From TPA_inf: Saccharomyces (Eukaryota): a stretch of 64,000 nt of DNA. Below the pieces are notes generated by a model. That model was not told the origin of the DNA. It worked only from the letters and a program-made list of their open reading frames with translations, and did no database searches. The stretch spans positions 64,001-128,000 of the forward strand of contig BK006939.2 in assembly GCA_000146045.2 (NCBI GenBank). Reading direction: 5' to 3'. Positions 58,798-64,000 of the stretch are shown piece by piece (the first letter of the stretch is position 1; each line of letters starts with the position of its first letter). The position numbers and the translations under genes are program-made.

Positions 58798-58929
58798 TTA
58801 GAATCTTTGTAAACCTCTTTGTCTAGCTTGCCATTTTCTGTAGATAATGGTAGAAATGATGGCGATACAAGCCAAACCGACTAGAATAAAAACTAAGATA
58901 ACACCACCTGGTAACGTGCTCATCAACAT
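58798..58929 (-). CDS. PMP2: Plasma-membrane H+-ATPase (Pma1) regulatory proteolipid, 43 aa. It is absent from the supplied ORF track (below its size cut-off).
   Basis: The minus strand translates MLMSTLPGGVILVFILVGLACIAIISTIIYRKWQARQRGLQRF*, a single-TM proteolipid. It was found by manually translating the gap between EAF5 and GTT3. Confidence 0.9.
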   Translation of the reverse strand: MLMSTLPGGVILVFILVGLACIAIISTIIYRKWQARQRGLQRF

Positions 58930-59656
58930 CTTTGTATAATTGTTATTGTACTATTTATTGTTTTGTATGTATACGATGGAGAAAAAGAGAAAGGAAGAAG
59001 GAAGGACGAAAGAGAAAAAACTGGAAGGGAAGAAGAATTGATTTTATATTAACCAAGAGGAAGGAAAGGAAATTGAGTTGTGATTACGGAATTTTAGTTT
59101 TTTTCACTGTTTATTTAAACCAAAAGGTGTGGAAGAGAAAGAGAGAAAAAAGTTCTGTAATTCGTTAAGGAAATTAAGTATCCGCGCCGGAAAAATAGCG
59201 AGAGGTTTTTTTTGATGCAAAAGCTAGGGAGGGCTGCGGACGGATTTCGAAAACAGCTCAACAGCGTGGTGACGAGTTGCGTCAGGGTGTTGGCCAGTGC
59301 TACCGCGGGCGGCGCTGCACAGGGAGTAAGCAGAGCGGGCTAGAGCGCGGTTTTGGAGAGGGCCCGGGCTGCTGTGGTCGTAGGATTGCGGTAATTTAGT
59401 GGCTCGCCCTCGTTTGTCGTGCTTTTTCCGAGTTCCGAAACTCTTTCCCGAGCTGTTAATGTGCTAAAAGTGGTAAATCGTATATGATGATATACGTATA
59501 TGATGATAATTTCCTGCGCGCTACTTGCGTGCATTCGTCACTCATAACAAAAAGAACTACACAATACGTAAACAACGTGCGAAAATATCTATATACAAGG
59601 GGAGAAAACAAAAGTGAAAGTGCATTACAGCCCATCACAGATCATTATAATACAAT

Positions 59657-60670
59657 ATGCCGACCAAGTCAACTTTTAGTCGCTGGAAGAAGGCGGACCT
59701 AATTGACCTGGCCAACAAGCTGGAAATTGACGGCTTCCCCAATTATGCCAAGAAGAGTGATATGATCGATTACCTCGAATCGCACTTGAATCATCTTGAG
59801 AAACCTGTGGATTTTAAAGACGACTACCCGGAACTAAGGTCCTTTTATGAGTCGATGACAGTGGACCAGTCAAAGGATGAACGGAACGAATACGGATCCG
59901 GATCTGGAAACGGGTCTGGGTCTGGATCCTGTGACACCGCCACAAATGATTCCGATCTGGAGAAAGCGTACATCAAGGAGGATGATGATGAGAAACCGCA
60001 ATCAGGCGATGAAACAAGCGCGACAAAGCCGCTTTCCAGCAGGAATGCAAATTCAAACGCCAAAACGAACTTCAATTTGTTGGATTTTAGCACAGATAAC
60101 GACTCGTCCACCTCTGCGTTTACTAAGTTCAAGTTTAACTTTCAGGAATACCTCTCCGATATTAGATACCAAACGCAGAAATTGAATGAAAATGTTCAGG
60201 ACTATCTTTCCACTATTTCCGCCGTCGATACGATTTTTTCCTTGTTGGAATTCTCTTTTCTGGTGAGAAACATATTAGCCGCCGGGCAGCCAACTTCTTC
60301 TTCTTCGCTCGCATCGTCGCTGGAAGCCGCCGTTGCCGCCCATAATAAATATCAATACACGCTCGATTTCTGTTTACCAATACTCACGTGGCTGCTCTTC
60401 TTTAGGGGTATTCCAACGTTAGTGTCATACTACATCAACTTCATCCGCTACGACCTGAACATCGAGTTGGACCCGATGACTTTCAATCTCACGAAATTCT
60501 TGATTTCTTTGGCAATCTTCAAAACTTGTAATAATAAAAACATAGATTTCCATTCTTTTCGATGTGTTAACCAACTATGGACACAACTCTGTACAGTGAA
60601 CCGTTCCCTTGGTATGGTACCTCTAGTATTCTCCATGGTTAGTTGTCTCCTCACTCTATACGTATTATAG
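59657..60670 (+). CDS. GTT3: Protein of unknown function (possible role in glutathione metabolism), 337 aa, with C-terminal hydrophobic segments
   Basis: Length and position match YEL017W. Internal (GS)n linker encoded by GGATCYGG repeats. Confidence 0.8.
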   Translation: MPTKSTFSRWKKADLIDLANKLEIDGFPNYAKKSDMIDYLESHLNHLEKPVDFKDDYPELRSFYESMTVDQSKDERNEYGSGSGNGSGSGSCDTATNDSDLEKAYIKEDDDEKPQSGDETSATKPLSSRNANSNAKTNFNLLDFSTDNDSSTSAFTKFKFNFQEYLSDIRYQTQKLNENVQDYLSTISAVDTIFSLLEFSFLVRNILAAGQPTSSSSLASSLEAAVAAHNKYQYTLDFCLPILTWLLFFRGIPTLVSYYINFIRYDLNIELDPMTFNLTKFLISLAIFKTCNNKNIDFHSFRCVNQLWTQLCTVNRSLGMVPLVFSMVSCLLTLYVL

Positions 60671-60736
60671 TATATTTTCTTACATACGTATACACACGCG
60701 TACGTAAGCCGCGAAGTGTGTATTTACTACTCTGTA

Positions 60737-62218
60737 TTATTGTAATAAACTCTTCTCCTTCTTTGTCTTTTCTTCTCCCAAAAGCGCACTTGCCTTGATC
60801 AGCATATTGTATACTTCGATGTTTTCAAATGGAGGTACGACTTCATTGTTGAACATCGGACCCATTCCAATGAATATAGATGCCATATCACTACAGTTGT
60901 TAAAGTTGTATCCATGTGTGCCCATAATGCCGATAGGCACATCACCCATTTCTTTTACAATGGCGTAGTATTCATCTGCGAGAATCCAGATATCGCCGAC
61001 CCTATCGTCATATCTGTGCTTTCTGTTATCGTATTGGAAATATTTCCAGCTCGGGTCGAAATCTTCTTTCAGGATCACGTGAAACTTCCTCGATATTTCA
61101 TCTCCATATGCTTTCTCTAACTGAGCTTCAATCAAGTCACAAATCCATTGCTTGTCTCGAGGGTTTTTCAAACATACCATCATCATGGGGCCCTCGTTAT
61201 AAAGATGCGAAATAAATGCGCTCATTGCGTCGGCCGGGAACACCCTTTCCCACACAACAACATGCTCACCGTCATTCGCGTTGACATTGCTCATGCCATG
61301 GTCACTAACAATCATAACATTGCTAATTTTCAACAAGTTTCTTTTTTGCAGGCCTTCAATCAAATCGAGAAAGAATCCATCGACTTCACCGATCAGCTTT
61401 TGTAGCCGCTTATCTCGTAAATCGTATCCAAAACTGTGTCCGTACGAATCAACATTGGGTATATAACTTATGACCAATTCTGGCCTATCTTTAAGCTGAG
61501 GCATATCTATGTATCGGAAAATTTGAGCTAATTTATCTTGAAGTTTTTCCCATTGATTGAATTTCCCAAAATAAAATGGCATTCTTTCCCTAGGTACATC
61601 CCCGTGGTCCTCATACACAACCTCACTTCCAGGCCACATATGCGTGGCCACTTTATATTCGCCTTGCGATTCAGTTTGCAGTAGTTGCCAAATAGGGTCA
61701 GCCGTGTTGCTCCAAATTCTTGCGTCGAGGTTATTTGGTCTAAATTCGCTACTCGTGAAATTATCCCAGAATATATTGGAAACAATACCGTGCTCAATGG
61801 GATATTTTCCCGTTACCATGCTCCAGTGGTTGGGAAATGTCTGAGTGGGAAAACTTGGGATCATATACGGTGCAGTCGTGATATTCATATCGTACGGGGA
61901 CCGCAAATTGTGCAAGTTGTAAAGAAATGGCGTGTATTTTGCATCTATCAATCTCGGATGGAACCCATCGATAGATATCAATATCGTTAACGTCTTGAAA
62001 TCATGTGTGCCGTTGAAGTAAGTATTTGATCTATTCGCAATTGTCCGGGGCCCATTATCAATAGGTTTTGGGCACTTCGAATATAAAAGCAACTCAATGA
62101 GTATTATACCGCAAAGCAAAAGTTTCAATAAAAAATGTCGTGATATTGCGAAAGGTTTTATGTTCGTATCATCTTCATTATTTTTTTCAAGGTCAACAGG
62201 TTGCTCGAAAAGAAGCAT
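60737..62218 (-). CDS. NPP2: Nucleotide pyrophosphatase/phosphodiesterase (type I phosphodiesterase family), 493 aa
   Basis: N-terminal TM anchor and alkaline-phosphatase-superfamily core of the NPP/ENPP fold. 493 aa matches YEL016C. Confidence 0.88.
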   Translation of the reverse strand: MLLFEQPVDLEKNNEDDTNIKPFAISRHFLLKLLLCGIILIELLLYSKCPKPIDNGPRTIANRSNTYFNGTHDFKTLTILISIDGFHPRLIDAKYTPFLYNLHNLRSPYDMNITTAPYMIPSFPTQTFPNHWSMVTGKYPIEHGIVSNIFWDNFTSSEFRPNNLDARIWSNTADPIWQLLQTESQGEYKVATHMWPGSEVVYEDHGDVPRERMPFYFGKFNQWEKLQDKLAQIFRYIDMPQLKDRPELVISYIPNVDSYGHSFGYDLRDKRLQKLIGEVDGFFLDLIEGLQKRNLLKISNVMIVSDHGMSNVNANDGEHVVVWERVFPADAMSAFISHLYNEGPMMMVCLKNPRDKQWICDLIEAQLEKAYGDEISRKFHVILKEDFDPSWKYFQYDNRKHRYDDRVGDIWILADEYYAIVKEMGDVPIGIMGTHGYNFNNCSDMASIFIGMGPMFNNEVVPPFENIEVYNMLIKASALLGEEKTKKEKSLLQ

Positions 62219-62628
62219 ATCGTAAGCACACTTCGAAATGGCCTTCTTTGTTATTTCGAAACTGTTTTGTGGCCTGCGTGTTTAATGAACCCTGGTATCA
62301 AGCGTCACAGTCATATAAAGCCTTAAATTATCTTCCATCAACGCACAGTAAACCGTCTAATTGATAGAAAAACTCTCAACCCAGTTATCGAGTGTCGCTA
62401 CACTCTATTGTAATTAGCTGCAATCATCTTGTTTATTAATTATGTCATTTTATTACCCTGGATTTGAAGCCCGTCTCTTTTTCCGCTTGTTTTTTTTTTT
62501 TCAATCGCTGAGAAATAGAAAGAAAACATAGTTAGCTCGAATAGTTTAGTCAAAAGGCCTACTATTGACTGCTTTTTCTGCAAATCCATGCTCTCAAGAC
62601 AATACAGTAATTCGTAAAAGAAACCATA

Positions 62629-64000
62629 ATGTCACAATTTGTTGGTTTCGGAGTACAAGTGGAGCTAAAAGATGGGAAGCTCATTCAGGGGAAAATTGCC
62701 AAAGCAACCTCAAAAGGATTGACTTTAAATGACGTTCAATTCGGCGATGGTGGTAAATCTCAAGCTTTCAAAGTGAGGGCGTCAAGGCTAAAGGACTTAA
62801 AGGTTCTAACTGTTGCCTCTCAATCCGGGAAAAGGAAGCAGCAAAGACAACAGCAGCAACAAAACGATTATAATCAAAATCGCGGTGAACATATTGATTG
62901 GCAAGATGATGATGTTAGTAAGATAAAACAACAGGAAGATTTCGATTTCCAAAGAAATTTGGGCATGTTTAACAAAAAAGACGTCTTCGCACAATTAAAG
63001 CAAAATGACGATATATTACCGGAGAATAGATTACAGGGACATAACAGAAAGCAAACCCAATTGCAGCAAAATAATTATCAAAATGATGAATTGGTTATTC
63101 CAGATGCAAAGAAAGATTCATGGAACAAGATTTCTTCAAGAAATGAGCAAAGCACACACCAATCTCAGCCGCAACAAGATGCTCAAGATGATCTGGTTTT
63201 GGAAGATGATGAACATGAATACGATGTCGATGATATCGATGATCCCAAATACCTACCAATAACTCAGTCTTTGAATATTACACATTTAATTCACTCTGCA
63301 ACTAACTCTCCATCCATAAATGATAAAACGAAAGGTACAGTTATAAATGATAAGGATCAGGTACTAGCTAAATTAGGCCAGATGATCATCAGCCAGTCAA
63401 GATCCAACTCAACATCCTTGCCAGCTGCAAATAAACAAACAACCATCAGATCAAAGAACACTAAGCAGAACATTCCTATGGCTACACCAGTACAACTACT
63501 AGAAATGGAGAGCATCACGTCCGAATTTTTCAGTATTAACTCGGCAGGGCTACTAGAAAATTTTGCTGTAAACGCATCGTTCTTCTTAAAGCAGAAACTA
63601 GGTGGCCGTGCACGTTTACGTTTACAAAATTCTAATCCGGAACCTTTAGTAGTAATACTAGCCTCAGATTCCAACAGATCTGGTGCGAAAGCTCTGGCGT
63701 TGGGTAGACATCTTTGCCAAACGGGGCATATCCGTGTCATAACATTATTTACATGTTCTCAAAATGAACTACAGGATTCCATGGTCAAAAAGCAAACAGA
63801 TATTTACAAGAAGTGTGGCGGAAAAATTGTTAATAGTGTATCGTCGCTGGAATCTGCTATGGAAACATTAAATAGCCCTGTAGAAATAGTCATCGATGCC
63901 ATGCAGGGATATGACTGTACATTGAGCGATCTGGCGGGGACGTCGGAAGTTATTGAAAGCAGAATTAAAAGCATGATATCATGGTGTAACAAACAGCGAG
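62629..64000 (+). CDS. EDC3: Enhancer of mRNA decapping 3 (LSm-FDF-YjeF_N protein), N-terminal ~457 codons; runs off the window end
   Basis: Translation from 62629 gives MSQFVGFGVQVELKDGKLIQGKIAKATSKGLTLNDVQF... (LSm domain), open to the end of the window. It is not in the ORF track because no stop codon lies inside the window. Confidence 0.88.
   Translation, partial: MSQFVGFGVQVELKDGKLIQGKIAKATSKGLTLNDVQFGDGGKSQAFKVRASRLKDLKVLTVASQSGKRKQQRQQQQQNDYNQNRGEHIDWQDDDVSKIKQQEDFDFQRNLGMFNKKDVFAQLKQNDDILPENRLQGHNRKQTQLQQNNYQNDELVIPDAKKDSWNKISSRNEQSTHQSQPQQDAQDDLVLEDDEHEYDVDDIDDPKYLPITQSLNITHLIHSATNSPSINDKTKGTVINDKDQVLAKLGQMIISQSRSNSTSLPAANKQTTIRSKNTKQNIPMATPVQLLEMESITSEFFSINSAGLLENFAVNASFFLKQKLGGRARLRLQNSNPEPLVVILASDSNRSGAKALALGRHLCQTGHIRVITLFTCSQNELQDSMVKKQTDIYKKCGGKIVNSVSSLESAMETLNSPVEIVIDAMQGYDCTLSDLAGTSEVIESRIKSMISWCNKQR

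Noticed and set aside
58932-59168. 78-aa Lys/Arg/Glu-rich ORF (MYNCYCTIYCFVCIRWRKRERKKEG...)
   Set aside because: It is a translation of the purine-rich (GAA/GGA) leader and promoter region of PMP2. The composition is driven by the repeat, and the real gene here is the 43-aa PMP2 on the other strand.

Overview
This window is nuclear DNA from Saccharomyces cerevisiae, the left arm of chromosome V running from YEL049W to YEL015W (about chrV 64 to 128 kb). I identified it from memory of the gene order and protein sequences, not from any search. Landmarks are URA3 (52167..52970, exact orotidine-5'-phosphate decarboxylase), the Rieske protein RIP1, MCM3, HYP2/eIF5A, CYC7, RAD23, VMA3, SNU13 and GEA2. 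The window holds about 38 protein-coding genes. Two run off the edges (PAU2 3' end at the start, EDC3 5' part at the end). The 43-aa PMP2 proteolipid is missing from the ORF track and was found by reading the sequence. There are two tRNA genes, tRNA-Ser(AGA) and initiator tRNA-Met. RNase P RNA (RPR1) lies on the minus strand with its internal pol III leader promoter. A diverged solo Ty1/Ty2 delta LTR sits about 470 bp upstream of the tRNA-iMet gene. No introns, CRISPR arrays or prokaryotic-style defence, toxin or mobile operons are present, and I see no evidence of a previously undescribed multi-gene system. The region is an ordinary, well-annotated euchromatic yeast interval. The best second-look items are: (1) YEL023C, an uncharacterised 682-aa protein carrying the DUF2235/Tle1-like lipase motifs GFSRG and HSDVGGG; (2) an unusually GC-rich ~290-bp island between PMP2 and GTT3, adjacent to a tandem duplicated UGAUGA-containing 14-mer; (3) a 22-bp core of perfect 7-bp-arm and 13-bp-arm imperfect palindromes/tandem duplications in intergenic DNA; (4) the A25 run inside the MTC7 ORF; (5) a near-consensus extended ACS (possible ARS508) between SPF1 and ECM10; and (6) the classical regulatory sites (CYC7 Hap1 UAS, MCM3 ECB, E-boxes, Rap1-like sites upstream of HYP2). 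All coordinates come from the supplied ORF track plus manual reading; protein identities rest on remembered sequences and lengths.
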